From assembly GCA_051867635.1 (NCBI GenBank), contig JBJDYT010000006.1, positions 25,293 to 89,292 on the forward strand: 64,000 bases of DNA, read 5' to 3'. Every line of letters starts with the position of its first letter. Positions within the stretch are counted from its first letter, which is position 1. The stretch is from Oscillospiraceae bacterium. Lineage in GTDB: Bacteria; Bacillota; Clostridia; Oscillospirales; Oscillospiraceae. Made by a program: the position numbers and the translations under genes. The notes below the pieces were generated by a model. The model ran no database searches, was not told where the DNA came from, and saw only the letters and a list, made by a program, of their open reading frames with translations. Below are positions 1 to 10,046 of this stretch, one piece after another.

Positions 1-459
1 GGTGTCCATCAGAATGGAGGTGTTGTACATGTCGAGGAAGCCGTCGAAGATCATGCTCCAGATATAGCCCAGCACGATGCCGCCGATGAGGTTCGGCATA
101 AAGAACACCGTGCGGAAGAGGTTCGCGCCCCTGATCTTCTGTGTCAGCGCATAGGCCACGGTAAAGGCCAGCACGTTGATCAGCACGAGGGAGACCACCG
201 CGAATACCGCCGTGTAGCCGAAGGAATAGCGGAAGCTCTCATCCTGGAAGGCCTTGATGTAGTTCTGGATGCCCACCCACTCCCAGTTGCTGGTGGTCTT
301 GAACTTGGTGAAGGACAGGAAGATGCCCTGCAGGAAAGGCCACACAAAGCCGATGGCAAAGGCGGCCACCATCGGCAGCATGAAGAGGGGGAAGCTGCGC
401 TGCAGCGGCCGCCTCAGGTGGGCGCTGCTGAGGGCGGAGGTGCTTCTCTTTCTTTTCAT
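1..459 (-). CDS. Carbohydrate ABC transporter permease (N-terminal part; gene continues past window start)
   Basis: The reverse frame is open from base 1 to the ATG at 459-457. The translation MKRKRSTSALSSAHLRRPLQRSFPLFMLPMVAAFAIGFVWPFLQG... is a typical MalF/UgpA-type N-terminus. It lies directly downstream of the binding-protein gene. Confidence 0.8.
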   Translation of the reverse strand, partial: MKRKRSTSALSSAHLRRPLQRSFPLFMLPMVAAFAIGFVWPFLQGIFLSFTKFKTTSNWEWVGIQNYIKAFQDESFRYSFGYTAVFAVVSLVLINVLAFTVAYALTQKIRGANLFRTVFFMPNLIGGIVLGYIWSMIFDGFLDMYNTSILMDT

Positions 460-529
460 CAGATCAACTCCTGTTAATAAATATGGGCACACCCGCGGTC
501 TCGCGCGGCCCCGGGCGTGATATGACAGC

Positions 530-559
530 AAGCGGGGCGGGCAGCTGCCCGCCCCGCTT
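530..559 (-). other. Intercistronic GC-rich stem-loop between binding-protein and permease genes
   Basis: It has a 13-bp perfect stem AAGCGGGGCGGGC/GCCCGCCCCGCTT with an AGCT loop. There is no U-tract on the coding strand, so it is more likely an mRNA-stabilising or partial-termination hairpin than a full terminator. Confidence 0.5.
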
Positions 560-598
560 CTTGGATCGTGCGTATTTCGTCTGACGCAGAGAGCAGTA

Positions 599-1915
599 TC
601 AGCCGTTGGCCGCCTGATACTGAACGCTCCAGCCGTCGATGAAGGCGGTGACGACGGTCGCCCAGTTGGCGTCGGAGGGATCCGCGTCATACTGGTTCAT
701 AGCGGCGACGACGGTCTCGCGGTAAGCGTCGACGTTGGGCTGATAGTTGGTGGCCCACCACATGTTGTAGTGGCCGTCAGCAGCGTACTGGTTGGCGATG
801 GCCAGGAAGGGGTTGGCGGACTCAGCAGCGTTCTTGTAGGGCATAACGCCGAAGGTCTCGACTGCCTTGGCAGAAGCCTCGGGATCGGTGACCAGCCACT
901 TCATGAAGGCGATGGTGGCGGCGATGTCTTCCTCGGAAGCGTTGGCGTTGACAGCCCAGTAGTTCTCAGTACCGCAGTTCAGGCCGGCATTCTCCTCGCC
1001 ATCCACACCGCAGTAGTAGGGGATCATGGTCAGGTCGTCAGCGTTCATGCCCTTCTCGGACAGGCCGCTCCATTCCCAGCTGCCCTGGCTGTAGAACACA
1101 GCCTCGCCGTTGGCGAATTCAGCGGAAGCGTCGAAGCCGCCGTTGGCCAGCTGAGAGGGCTCCACGGTGCTGTTGTTGATCATCAGATCCCAGAGGTTGC
1201 GGTAGTTGTCCATGTACTTGCCGGTCAGGGTGGCGGGGCAGGACTCCCAGGCGGCGGGATCGTCAACGGACTCATAGTAGTACTCGAGGTTGATCAGGTG
1301 GCCGGTGAATCTCCAGCTGGAGGAACCGTCCATGCCGGCGGAGGTGAAGGCGGAGAAGCCCAGCTCGTCCTTGCGGGCGGTGATGTCTTCCACCACGGCC
1401 TTCAGGCTCTCGAAGTTGGTGATCTCGTCCACGCTGTGACCGGCCTGCTCCAGCAGGGCCTTGTTGACGATGATGCCGTAGCACTCATAGCAGTAGCCGA
1501 TGGAGCAGAGCTTGCCGTCGTCATCATACAGCATGTAAGCGTCGGTGTTCAGCTCGTTGGCGATGTCGGTGCCGGTCAGGTCATAGCAGTACTCGCCCCA
1601 GGTATCGACGGCGGCGCTGTTGCCGACGACGAACAGGGTGGGCGCGTCGCTCTTGTCCATCTGAGCGGTCAGGGTCTCGTTGTAGGTACCGGAAGCAGCG
1701 GTGACGACCTTCACAGGCACGCCGGTCTCCTCGGTATACATGGTGGCCAGCTCCTGCAGGGCCGCGTCGGACTCGGGCTTGAAGTTCAGCCAATAGACGC
1801 TGCCGGTAGCGGCGCCCTCGCCTTCGCCCTCCCCGCCGCTGCTGCCGCAGCCGACCAGCGCCAGGGTCATCACGAGCGCCAGGAGCAGTGCAAGATACTT
1901 TTTCATGGTGTTCAT
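599..1915 (-). CDS. Sugar ABC transporter substrate-binding lipoprotein (family 1 SBP)
   Basis: 438-aa ORF. It has a signal peptide with lipobox LALVGC followed by a Gly/Ser/Glu linker. The length and W/Y-rich composition are typical of carbohydrate SBPs, and a permease gene lies downstream. Confidence 0.88.
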   Translation of the reverse strand: MNTMKKYLALLLALVMTLALVGCGSSGGEGEGEGAATGSVYWLNFKPESDAALQELATMYTEETGVPVKVVTAASGTYNETLTAQMDKSDAPTLFVVGNSAAVDTWGEYCYDLTGTDIANELNTDAYMLYDDDGKLCSIGYCYECYGIIVNKALLEQAGHSVDEITNFESLKAVVEDITARKDELGFSAFTSAGMDGSSSWRFTGHLINLEYYYESVDDPAAWESCPATLTGKYMDNYRNLWDLMINNSTVEPSQLANGGFDASAEFANGEAVFYSQGSWEWSGLSEKGMNADDLTMIPYYCGVDGEENAGLNCGTENYWAVNANASEEDIAATIAFMKWLVTDPEASAKAVETFGVMPYKNAAESANPFLAIANQYAADGHYNMWWATNYQPNVDAYRETVVAAMNQYDADPSDANWATVVTAFIDGWSVQYQAANG

Positions 1916-1940
1916 AGTCTCCTTTTCATCAAAAATTTAT

Positions 1941-1976
1941 TTTTACATTTCGGGAATGTAAAAAACGTCTTTACAG
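1941..1976. promoter_or_regulatory. Overlapping palindromes, candidate LacI-family operator in front of the SBP gene
   Basis: TTTTACATT-N5-AATGTAAAA lies at 1941-1963 and TGTAAA-N7-TTTACA at 1958-1976. The TGTAAA/TTTACA half-sites resemble LacI/GalR operators, but the spacing is atypical. Confidence 0.3.
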
Positions 1977-2993
1977 CGGCGCCGCCACGGTGCCGCCGGC
2001 GCGCAGGTCCGTGGTGAGCCGCACCTGCCGGTGTCCGGCGCGCCCCTCCACGATATCCAGCAGGATGCGCACCGCCTCCGCGCCCATAGCCTCCTTGGGC
2101 TGGATCAGCGTCGTCAGGGTGGGGACGGTGTACACGGACATATCCACGCCGTCGATGGCGATGATGGAGCAGTCCTCCGGGATACGCCGGCCGCCGTCGT
2201 GCAGGGCCTTCATGGCCGCCACCGCCATGGCGTCCGCGATGACGAACATGGCAGTAAACTCCGTCCCGCGCCGCAGCAGCTCCTTCGTCGCCTCATAGGC
2301 CGCCGCCATGCGGAAATCGCCCGTCCGCATCACCAATTCCTTCTCCAGCGGGATGCCCGCCTCCTCCAGCGCCTGACAGTAGCCCCGGTAGCGCAGCTCG
2401 CTGATGGAGTGGTCGTGGATGGAGTCCAGCAGCACCGCGATCTTCCGGTGGCCCTGCTCCGTCAGCAGCCGCACCGCCCGGCAGGCCTCCGCCTGGTCGT
2501 CGATGGAGACGGAGGAATAGACCGTTCTTTTCAGGCTGCCGAAGCTGTTGGTAAAGGAGCAGCAGACAAAGGGGATATCCAGCGCTGCCGTCCGCTCCGG
2601 CGTATAGTCAAAGCAGCCGCCGAGCAGGATCAGCCCGCGCAGCTTTTTTGAGCGGGCGAGGCTGGCCCCCGCCAGCAGCTCGTCGTCCTCCGTGTTGATC
2701 TGGTGCAGGATCAGGGTGTAGCCCGCCCGGTTCACCGCTTCCTCGATAGCGCGGATCACCTCGGTGAAAAAGGGATTTCCCACGCCGCGGACCACCAGGC
2801 CGATGGCGTCGGATTGGGTGCGCACCAGATCCCGGGCGCTGTTGTTGGGGATGTAGTGGCACTTTTCCACCGCTTCCAGCACCCGCTGGCGCACCTCGCT
2901 GCGCACATCCGGGCGGTTGTTCAGCACCCGGGAGACCGTGCTGACGCTGACGCCGCACTCTTTCGCAATATCCTTGATCGTCAAATCCCGCAC
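1971..2993 (-). CDS. LacI family transcriptional regulator
   Basis: The N-terminal HTH is IKDIAKECGVSVSTVSRVLNN, followed by a periplasmic-binding-protein-like core. I chose the GTG at 2993, preceded by GAGAGG. The ORF stays open up to 3095. Confidence 0.85.
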   Translation of the reverse strand: MRDLTIKDIAKECGVSVSTVSRVLNNRPDVRSEVRQRVLEAVEKCHYIPNNSARDLVRTQSDAIGLVVRGVGNPFFTEVIRAIEEAVNRAGYTLILHQINTEDDELLAGASLARSKKLRGLILLGGCFDYTPERTAALDIPFVCCSFTNSFGSLKRTVYSSVSIDDQAEACRAVRLLTEQGHRKIAVLLDSIHDHSISELRYRGYCQALEEAGIPLEKELVMRTGDFRMAAAYEATKELLRRGTEFTAMFVIADAMAVAAMKALHDGGRRIPEDCSIIAIDGVDMSVYTVPTLTTLIQPKEAMGAEAVRILLDIVEGRAGHRQVRLTTDLRAGGTVAAPL

Positions 2994-3164
2994 CTCTCGC
3001 TCGCCGGAAACAGCTCCGGTATCGTTCCCGGTAACGTTTTCAGTTTCTCTGGTGATTATCGTAACAATTCTCCAATCTTTTGTCAACATGTGCAAGTCTT
3101 TTTTGTCGAAACTGCTTCATTTTACCCCCTGTTTCTTGCGCTTTTGCCCAATGCCCCGGCATGA

Positions 3165-4271
<1,107 letters not shown>

Positions 4272-4282
4272 AAGCGTTTTTT

Positions 4283-4322
4283 GCCGGAGAGGGGAAATCT
4301 CCCCCCTCCGGCATTATTTTTT
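4283..4322 (+). terminator. Intrinsic terminator of gap
   Basis: Stem GCCGGAGAGGGG/CCCCCCTCCGGC followed by ATTATTTTTT. Confidence 0.8.
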
Positions 4323-4336
4323 GTGCAATTTGCCGA

Positions 4337-4366
4337 TTGAATTTTTGCCGTTTTTAGTGTTAAATG
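4337..4366 (+). promoter_or_regulatory. Sigma-A-like promoter for the T-box leader
   Basis: TTGAAT at 4337-4342, a 17-nt spacer, then TG-extended TTAAAT/TAAATG around 4358-4366. Confidence 0.5.
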
Positions 4367-4371
4367 TGCTA

Positions 4372-4650
4372 AACCGAAGAGGGAGAAGAAGGAACGGCAG
4401 CGCGCCTTCAGCGAGTCGGGGACGGTGGGAGCCCGGCGGAAAGCGGATCGTCTCCATGGGCTCCTGAGGGCGCGGGGAACCGGCTTTCGCCGCAGTATCC
4501 GCTGACGCTTTGCCCCCGTTACCGGGCTGGGATGTGACAGCATCCTGCAGAGTTGGGTACCGCAAGGTACCAATCAAGGTGGCACCACAGGTGGCTCGTT
4601 TTCGACCGTCTGTCCTTGGAACAAATTCCGGGGGCGGGCGTTTTTTTGTA
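4372..4650 (+). promoter_or_regulatory. T-box leader riboswitch (candidate Trp specifier UGG)
   Basis: - Stem I elements: AGCGAG (AG-box-like) at 4410-4415, distal-loop GGTGGGA at 4424-4430, AGTA at 4494-4497.
- F-box CCGTTA at 4516-4521.
- T-box core CAAGGTGGCACCACAG at 4575-4590, whose UGGC bulge fits a G73 tRNA.
- The antiterminator (AAGG/CCTT plus ACAGGTGG/CCGTCTGT) overlaps a terminator stem CGACCGTCT/GGGGCGGGCG, which is followed by T7 at 4641-4647.
- A candidate UGG codon lies at 4457-4459. Confidence 0.75.
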
Positions 4651-4680
4651 CCCGCCTTCCCAAGAAAGGTGGTTACCCAC

Positions 4681-6051
4681 ATGTCGAAAGTCCCGTATAA
4701 GATCTATCTCACCGAGGAGGAGCTCCCCAAGGCATGGTACAACGTCCGGGCGGACATGCCCCATGATCACGCGCCCATGCTGCACCCCGGCACCCACCAG
4801 CCCCTGAGCGTGGAGGAGCTGTCCCCCATCTTCGCCACGGAGCTGGCCAAGCAGGAGCTGAACAACACCGACCGCTATATCGAGATCCCCCAGGAGGTCC
4901 GGGATTTCTACAAAATGTACCGTCCCTCCCCCACCGTCCGGGCCTACTGCCTGGAAAAGGAGCTGGACACCCCCGCCCATATCTACTATAAGTTTGAGGG
5001 CAGCAACACCTCCGGCAGCCACAAGCTGAACTCCGCCATCGCCCAGGCGTACTACGCCAAGCAGCAGGGCCTCACCGGCCTGACCACGGAGACCGGCGCC
5101 GGCCAGTGGGGCACCGCCCTGTCCATGGCCTGCGGCTACTTCGGCCTGGACCTGACCGTGTACATGGTCAAGTGCTCCTCTCAGCAGAAGCCCCAGCGCA
5201 AGGCCGTCATCGAGACCTACGGCGGCAAGGTCATCCCCTCCCCCTCCGACACCACCGAGGTGGGCCGCCGGCTGCTGGCCGAGGACCCCGACAGCCCCGG
5301 CAGTCTCGGCACCGCCATCTCCGAGGCGGTGGAGGTGGCGACCCGCACCCCCAACACCCGCTATGCCCTGGGCAGCGTGCTGAACCAGGTGCTGCTGCAC
5401 CAGAGCGTCATCGGCCTGGAGGCCCGCACGGCGCTGTTGAAGTACGACGAGTATCCCGACGTTATCGTGGGCTGCGCCGGCGGCGGCTCCAACCTGGGCG
5501 GCCTCATGTCCCCCTTCATCGCGGACAAGATCGCCGGCAAGGCTGATCCCCACATCATCGCGGTGGAACCCGCCTCCTGCCCCTCCCTCACCCGGGGCCG
5601 CTTCGCCTATGATTTCTGCGACGCGGGCCATGTGACGCCCCTGGCCAAGATGTACACCCTGGGCAGCGGCTTCATCCCCTCCCCGTCCCACGCCGGCGGC
5701 CTGCGCTACCACGGCATGAGCCCCATTCTGTCCCAGCTCTACCACGACGGCTATGTGGACGAGGCCCGGGCCGTCACCCAGACGGAGGTCTTCGCCGCCG
5801 CCACCCGCTTCGCCCGGGTGGAGGGCATCCTCCCCGCGCCGGAGAGCTCCCACGCCATCTGCGTGGGCATTCAGGAGGCGCTGAAGTGCCGCGAGACCGG
5901 CGAGGCCAAGACCATCCTCATCGGCGTCACCGGCACGGGCTACTTCGACCTCTCCGCCTACACCTCCTACCGCGAGGGCACCATGACCGACGTCATCCCC
6001 ACGGACGAGGACCTGCAGCGGGGCTTCGACTCCCTGCCCAAGGTGGACTGA
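4681..6051 (+). CDS. TrpB2-type (TrpB-like) pyridoxal-phosphate-dependent enzyme
   Basis: 456 aa. The N-terminus is MSKVPYKIYLTEEELPKAWYN, the PLP lysine motif is GSHKLNSA, and GCAGGGSN is present. The length is typical of stand-alone TrpB2. I placed the start at the ATG at 4681, after GAAAGGTGG. Confidence 0.9.
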   Translation: MSKVPYKIYLTEEELPKAWYNVRADMPHDHAPMLHPGTHQPLSVEELSPIFATELAKQELNNTDRYIEIPQEVRDFYKMYRPSPTVRAYCLEKELDTPAHIYYKFEGSNTSGSHKLNSAIAQAYYAKQQGLTGLTTETGAGQWGTALSMACGYFGLDLTVYMVKCSSQQKPQRKAVIETYGGKVIPSPSDTTEVGRRLLAEDPDSPGSLGTAISEAVEVATRTPNTRYALGSVLNQVLLHQSVIGLEARTALLKYDEYPDVIVGCAGGGSNLGGLMSPFIADKIAGKADPHIIAVEPASCPSLTRGRFAYDFCDAGHVTPLAKMYTLGSGFIPSPSHAGGLRYHGMSPILSQLYHDGYVDEARAVTQTEVFAAATRFARVEGILPAPESSHAICVGIQEALKCRETGEAKTILIGVTGTGYFDLSAYTSYREGTMTDVIPTDEDLQRGFDSLPKVD

Positions 6052-6085
6052 GAGCCCCCTGCGCGTTTTCCCCTTCAAACAATAC

Positions 6086-6128
6086 AAGCGGGCCGGAGCT
6101 TGCTCCGGCCCGCTTATTTCTCTCGTTT
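6086..6128. terminator. Bidirectional terminator between the TrpB2 gene and the convergent membrane-protein gene
   Basis: Stem AAGCGGGCCGGAGC/GCTCCGGCCCGCTT, with ATTTCTCTCGTTTT on the plus side. Confidence 0.75.
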
Positions 6129-6167
6129 TGCCAGGGCAGGGCGCCTTTACGCCCGCCTGCCGCGGGC

Positions 6168-6755
6168 TCAGCCCTCCGCCGTTTCCTTTGTGCTTTCCGC
6201 CGCGCTCTCCGCTTCCGCCGCCGGCTTTCCGCCCCGCAGCACGTTCATCCAGCCCAGCACCCGCTCCCGGGGCAGCAGGATGTTGATGAGCAGGGCCATC
6301 ACCACGCCGAAGCCGGTGTCCAGCATGCGGTTGAGGGAGTAGGAAATATAGGTGTCCACCGGCGTGTTGAAGAGGATGATGCACAGCACCACGCCGCCGG
6401 GCTGCACCGCGCCGGGCCAGCGGAAAAACCGGCTCGCCAGGATCAGGATGACCACGCCCACGAACAGGACCAGAAAGATCAGGGGATGGGTGCCGCCCTC
6501 GGGGTAAAAGCAGATATACAGGCGGAAGCAGGCCATGCCCACAAAGCCGCCGATGATGGTGCCGAACAGCCGGTTGCCCCCGTTGAGCCAGGAGTTCTCC
6601 AGGTCGCTGCCCATGCCGAAGATGGCGCCGATGCAGGCGAAGGTGGGGTTTCGCTTGAACGGATAATACAGCACGGCGCAGAGCGTGGCCGCCAGCGCGG
6701 TCTTCAGGTTCCGCATCCCAACATGGAAATGGGAATGCCACTGCTTCTCGTTCAT
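6168..6755 (-). CDS. Aromatic acid exporter (ArAE/FUSC-like) family membrane protein
   Basis: 195 aa with 4-5 predicted TM segments. The N-terminus HVGMRNLKTALAATLCAVLY and the motif NRLFGTIIGGFVG resemble the short Firmicutes ArAE/YgaE-like family. Confidence 0.6.
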   Translation of the reverse strand: MNEKQWHSHFHVGMRNLKTALAATLCAVLYYPFKRNPTFACIGAIFGMGSDLENSWLNGGNRLFGTIIGGFVGMACFRLYICFYPEGGTHPLIFLVLFVGVVILILASRFFRWPGAVQPGGVVLCIILFNTPVDTYISYSLNRMLDTGFGVVMALLINILLPRERVLGWMNVLRGGKPAAEAESAAESTKETAEG

Positions 6756-6985
6756 CCAGGCCGCCTCCCGTTCCGCAGAAGATTCCAGGGTCTGGAAACA
6801 TTATACCATCTTAACGGGAGAAGTCCACCCCTTTTAGCCGAATCCGCCGCGTATCGTGCCGCTTTTCCCCGTTTTTTCCCCGGAGAAGGGACTTTTTTCC
6901 TCCCGAAGCCGCCCCACGTCCTTGTTCCGAAAACAAAGCCGCAAAAAGTGTCCGCAGTCCGCCGGGCCGCCAACTGAACCCGGAC

Positions 6986-7014
6986 TTGCCATGGATCCGT
7001 TTCCGTCGTATGAT
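6986..7014 (+). promoter_or_regulatory. Sigma-A-like promoter of pepT
   Basis: TTGCCA, 17 nt, TATGAT. Confidence 0.55.
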
Positions 7015-7082
7015 AGAGACGGAAGGCCGGGCGGGCGCTGCGCTCCCCGGATCTCACCGAAAACAAGGAAAGGAACTTTCTT

Positions 7083-8321
7083 ATGGCTCTTTCTCGTGTC
7101 GTCCAGCGCTTTTTGCGCTATGTACAGATCGATACCCAGTCCGCCGATGACGCCGCCGCGGTCCCCAGCACCGAAAAGCAGTATGACCTGGCCAGGCTGC
7201 TGCAGGAGGAGCTGCAGGCCATGGGCGCCAAGGACGTCCATATCGGGGAGAGCGGCATCGTCTACGCCACCATCCCCGGCAACTGCCGGCGCAGCGGCGT
7301 CCCCACCGTGGGCTTTCTGGCCCATATGGACACCTCCCCCGACGCTCCCGGCGCCCAGGTGAAGCCCCGCATCGTGGAGCGCTATGACGGCGGGGACATC
7401 GTGCTGAACGAAGCGCTCGGCATCGTCCTGCGCCCGGAGGCGTACGAAAACATGCTGCACTATGTGGGCGACGACCTCATCGTCACCGACGGCACCACCC
7501 TGCTCGGCGGGGACGACAAGGCGGGCGTGGCCGCCATCATGGAGATGGCGGAGCACCTCCTGTCCCATCCGGAGGAGGAGCACGGCACGCTGAAGCTGGC
7601 CTTCACCACCGACGAGGAGGTGGGCAGCGGCGCGCAGGGCTTCGACGTAGCCGCCTTCGGTGCCGACTTCGCCTACACCGTGGACGGCGAGGGCATGGGG
7701 GAGGTCAACAGCGAGACCTTCAGCGGCGCGGACGCCAACATCGTCATCCACGGCGTGGGCATCCATCCCGGCGAGGCCAAGGGCAAGATGAAGAACGCCC
7801 TGCTCATCGCCGCGGAACTGAACGGCATGCTCCCCGCAGCGGAGACCCCCGCCCACACCGAGGGCCGCGAGGGCTACTATCACCTCACCGACCTCAGCGG
7901 CAGCGTGACCCGCGCCGAGATGAAGTACATCATCCGGGACCACGACTTCTCCGCCTTCAACGCCCGCAAGGCGCGCATGCGCAAGATCGCGGACTACCTC
8001 AACGACTGCTACGGCGAGGGCACCGTGGAGCTGACGCTGCGGGACTCCTATTATAATATGGTCGACGCCATCCGGCCCGTCCACTACATCCTGGACTATG
8101 CCAAGGAGGCCATGGCCGCCGAGGGCCTCACGCCCCGGGAGGTCCCCATCCGCGGCGGCACGGACGGCTCCCAGCTCACCGCCATGGGGCTGCCCTGCCC
8201 CAACCTCTCCGCCGGCATCGAGAACTGCCACTGCATCTATGAGTATCTGTCCGTGCAGGCGCTGGAAAAGACCGTGGATATCCTGCTCCGCCTGGCCAGA
8301 TCCTTCGCCGAGGACAGGTGA
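7083..8321 (+). CDS. pepT: Peptidase T (tripeptide aminopeptidase, M20B)
   Basis: 412 aa with LRYVQIDTQS, GFLAHMDTSPD and GGDDKAGVAAIME, which are typical PepT metal-binding motifs. Confidence 0.93.
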   Translation: MALSRVVQRFLRYVQIDTQSADDAAAVPSTEKQYDLARLLQEELQAMGAKDVHIGESGIVYATIPGNCRRSGVPTVGFLAHMDTSPDAPGAQVKPRIVERYDGGDIVLNEALGIVLRPEAYENMLHYVGDDLIVTDGTTLLGGDDKAGVAAIMEMAEHLLSHPEEEHGTLKLAFTTDEEVGSGAQGFDVAAFGADFAYTVDGEGMGEVNSETFSGADANIVIHGVGIHPGEAKGKMKNALLIAAELNGMLPAAETPAHTEGREGYYHLTDLSGSVTRAEMKYIIRDHDFSAFNARKARMRKIADYLNDCYGEGTVELTLRDSYYNMVDAIRPVHYILDYAKEAMAAEGLTPREVPIRGGTDGSQLTAMGLPCPNLSAGIENCHCIYEYLSVQALEKTVDILLRLARSFAEDR

Positions 8322-8347
8322 ACCGCCGGACCGCTTCCAAAAGAAAA

Positions 8348-8375
8348 GGGGACTGCCTTCGCAGTCCCCTTTTTC
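8348..8375. terminator. Bidirectional terminator (pepT / AEC transporter)
   Basis: Stem GGGGACTGC-CTTC-GCAGTCCCC, flanked by AAGAAAA and TTTTT. Confidence 0.8.
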
Positions 8376-8386
8376 CCGCGTTTTTC

Positions 8387-9394
8387 TCACAGCAGCCCGC
8401 CCGCCTGCAGCACGCAGACGAAGCAGAAGATGGTCAGCATGGACAGCGTGCTGGTCCAGACCACCAGCTGGCTCGCCAGCTGCTCGTCTCCCCCGATCTC
8501 CTGGACCATGACCGTGCTGCCCACCGCCGTGGGCGCGGCGAAGATCGCCAGCAGCGTGGGCATCTCCAGCGCCGTCAGCCCCAGCGCGTCGCGCAGGCAC
8601 ACCGCCGCGCCGATGACCGCCGCCGGCATGAGGACCAGGCGCAGCAGCGCGCCCAGGGTGATCTGGGGCAGCAGACCCCTCACCGCCTTGAAATCCAGCT
8701 TCGTGCCCAGCACGAAGAGCATCAGCGGCGAGGCGACCTTGGACAGATCCGTCAGCACCTTGTAGACCGAGGGCAGCTGCCGGCGGATGGTAAAGACCGG
8801 CACGCCGTCCACCGTGGGGAGCAGACTCCGCAGGAAAACCACCGCGAAGCCCAGCATCGCGCCGATGATCAGCGGGTTTTTCAGCGTCTGCAGCAGCACC
8901 GTGCGGAGGGAGAAGCGGCCCTTCTCCTGCCGCCCGTTGTAAAAGACCAGGGTCAGCACCGCCAGGATGTTGAACACCGGCACGCAGACGGAGGTCGCCA
9001 CCGCGGCGAAGCCCAGGGCCGCGCCGCCCCCCAGCGCCTCCGCCAGGGGCAGGCCCAGGATGACCTGGTTGGAGCGGAAGGCCGTCATGACGATGACGCC
9101 CTTCTGGGTGGGCTCCGGCACGAACAGGCGGGCCGCCAGAACGCCCACCGCCAGGCAAAAGAAGATCCCCGCCACCACGTAGGCGATGAGCCGCCAGTTC
9201 ACCTGGGAGAGCTCCTCCATCTCATAGACGTTGAGGAAGAGCTGCACCGGCAAAAACAGATGGAACGCCAGCTTGTTGAGCTGGTTGAAAAAGGCGCCGT
9301 CCCAGGGCCCGATCCGCCTGACCAGATAGCCCAGCAGGATCATCAGCAGGATGGGCAGGACCGCCCGCAGCGCGAATAAAAAAATCTCGATCAT
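8387..9394 (-). CDS. AEC (auxin efflux carrier) family transporter
   Basis: 335 aa, about 10 TM. The N-terminus MIEIFLFALRAVLPILLMILLGYLVRR...FFNQLNKLAFHLFLP is typical of the family. Confidence 0.85.
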   Translation of the reverse strand: MIEIFLFALRAVLPILLMILLGYLVRRIGPWDGAFFNQLNKLAFHLFLPVQLFLNVYEMEELSQVNWRLIAYVVAGIFFCLAVGVLAARLFVPEPTQKGVIVMTAFRSNQVILGLPLAEALGGGAALGFAAVATSVCVPVFNILAVLTLVFYNGRQEKGRFSLRTVLLQTLKNPLIIGAMLGFAVVFLRSLLPTVDGVPVFTIRRQLPSVYKVLTDLSKVASPLMLFVLGTKLDFKAVRGLLPQITLGALLRLVLMPAAVIGAAVCLRDALGLTALEMPTLLAIFAAPTAVGSTVMVQEIGGDEQLASQLVVWTSTLSMLTIFCFVCVLQAGGLL

Positions 9395-9580
9395 ATCTCT
9401 CTCCCTGACACCGCGGCTCCCGGCCGCTCCCGTGTCCCTTCGCCATGGCAGAATCGCCGCGGCCGCCGCGTCACACCGGCTTTGCCGCAGGCAGAAGATC
9501 CGCCTCCGCCGCGGCGTTTCCCGGCGGAGCGCGCCCGCGGAAACAAGCCCCGGAGCCTTGCTCCGGGGCTTGCGGCTTAC

Positions 9581-9841
9581 TTACGCCGTCTTTTTGTATT
9601 CCCTGTCCGCCGGTGCGGCCGATGCGTTCATCCGGGCGAAGAGGCTGGCGGAGCGCTCCTCGCGGGTGTACTGCCGCCGCTCCTTGAAGTTCACGGCGAA
9701 CAGCCCCACGCCCAGGATCATCCAGCAGCTGAACAGAAAAAGTCCAGCGACGCGATCCCGTGGCTCAGTTTTTTGCCCATAGCACAACACCCCAATAATC
9801 CAAAATAAGCTTCTTTTAATCGCGATTAAAAACTCGATCAA
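9581..9841 (-). CDS. Hypothetical small membrane protein (start uncertain)
   Basis: The 3' two thirds have GC3-rich coding-like composition and one or two hydrophobic segments. The annotated TTG start overlaps a T-tract, and no good RBS is visible. Internal GTG or ATG starts are possible. Confidence 0.3.
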   Translation of the reverse strand: MIEFLIAIKRSLFWIIGVLCYGQKTEPRDRVAGLFLFSCWMILGVGLFAVNFKERRQYTREERSASLFARMNASAAPADREYKKTA

Positions 9842-10009
9842 AAAACCGGCGCAGCAACGCGCCTCAAATTTTCCGTGTTATAGAATAGCAACAACTTTTT
9901 CGTTTGTAAAGAGGGATTTTCCCATTTTGACTAATTTGTTCCTTAACAAACTTCACAGGCCCTTCCCGCCCGGCGGCGGGGCAAATTCCCTCCCGCGCGG
10001 ATAAAAGAC

Positions 10010-10038
10010 TTGATAATTTTCCGCAGGGATGGTAAAAT
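10010..10038 (+). promoter_or_regulatory. Strong sigma-A promoter of the SRP RNA
   Basis: TTGATA, 17 nt, then TG-extended TAAAAT at 10033-10038. Confidence 0.8.
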
Positions 10039-10046
10039 ACCATACG

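Noticed and set aside
269-520. Plus-strand 83-aa ORF overlapping the start of the ABC permease gene.
   Set aside because: It is antisense to a well-supported permease N-terminus, has no RBS, and has an arginine-rich nonsense-like sequence.
4519-6801. Very long ORFs on the opposite strand or in alternative frames of real genes. Examples: 770-2017, 4519-6801, 6834-9158, 29225-31063, 46291-48495, 48529-50757, 53989-56262, 60338-61762.
   Set aside because: Their translations are Gly/Arg/Ala/Pro-rich low-complexity strings with no motifs. Each one overlaps a gene with clear family signatures. Stop-codon-poor frames are expected in DNA of this GC content.
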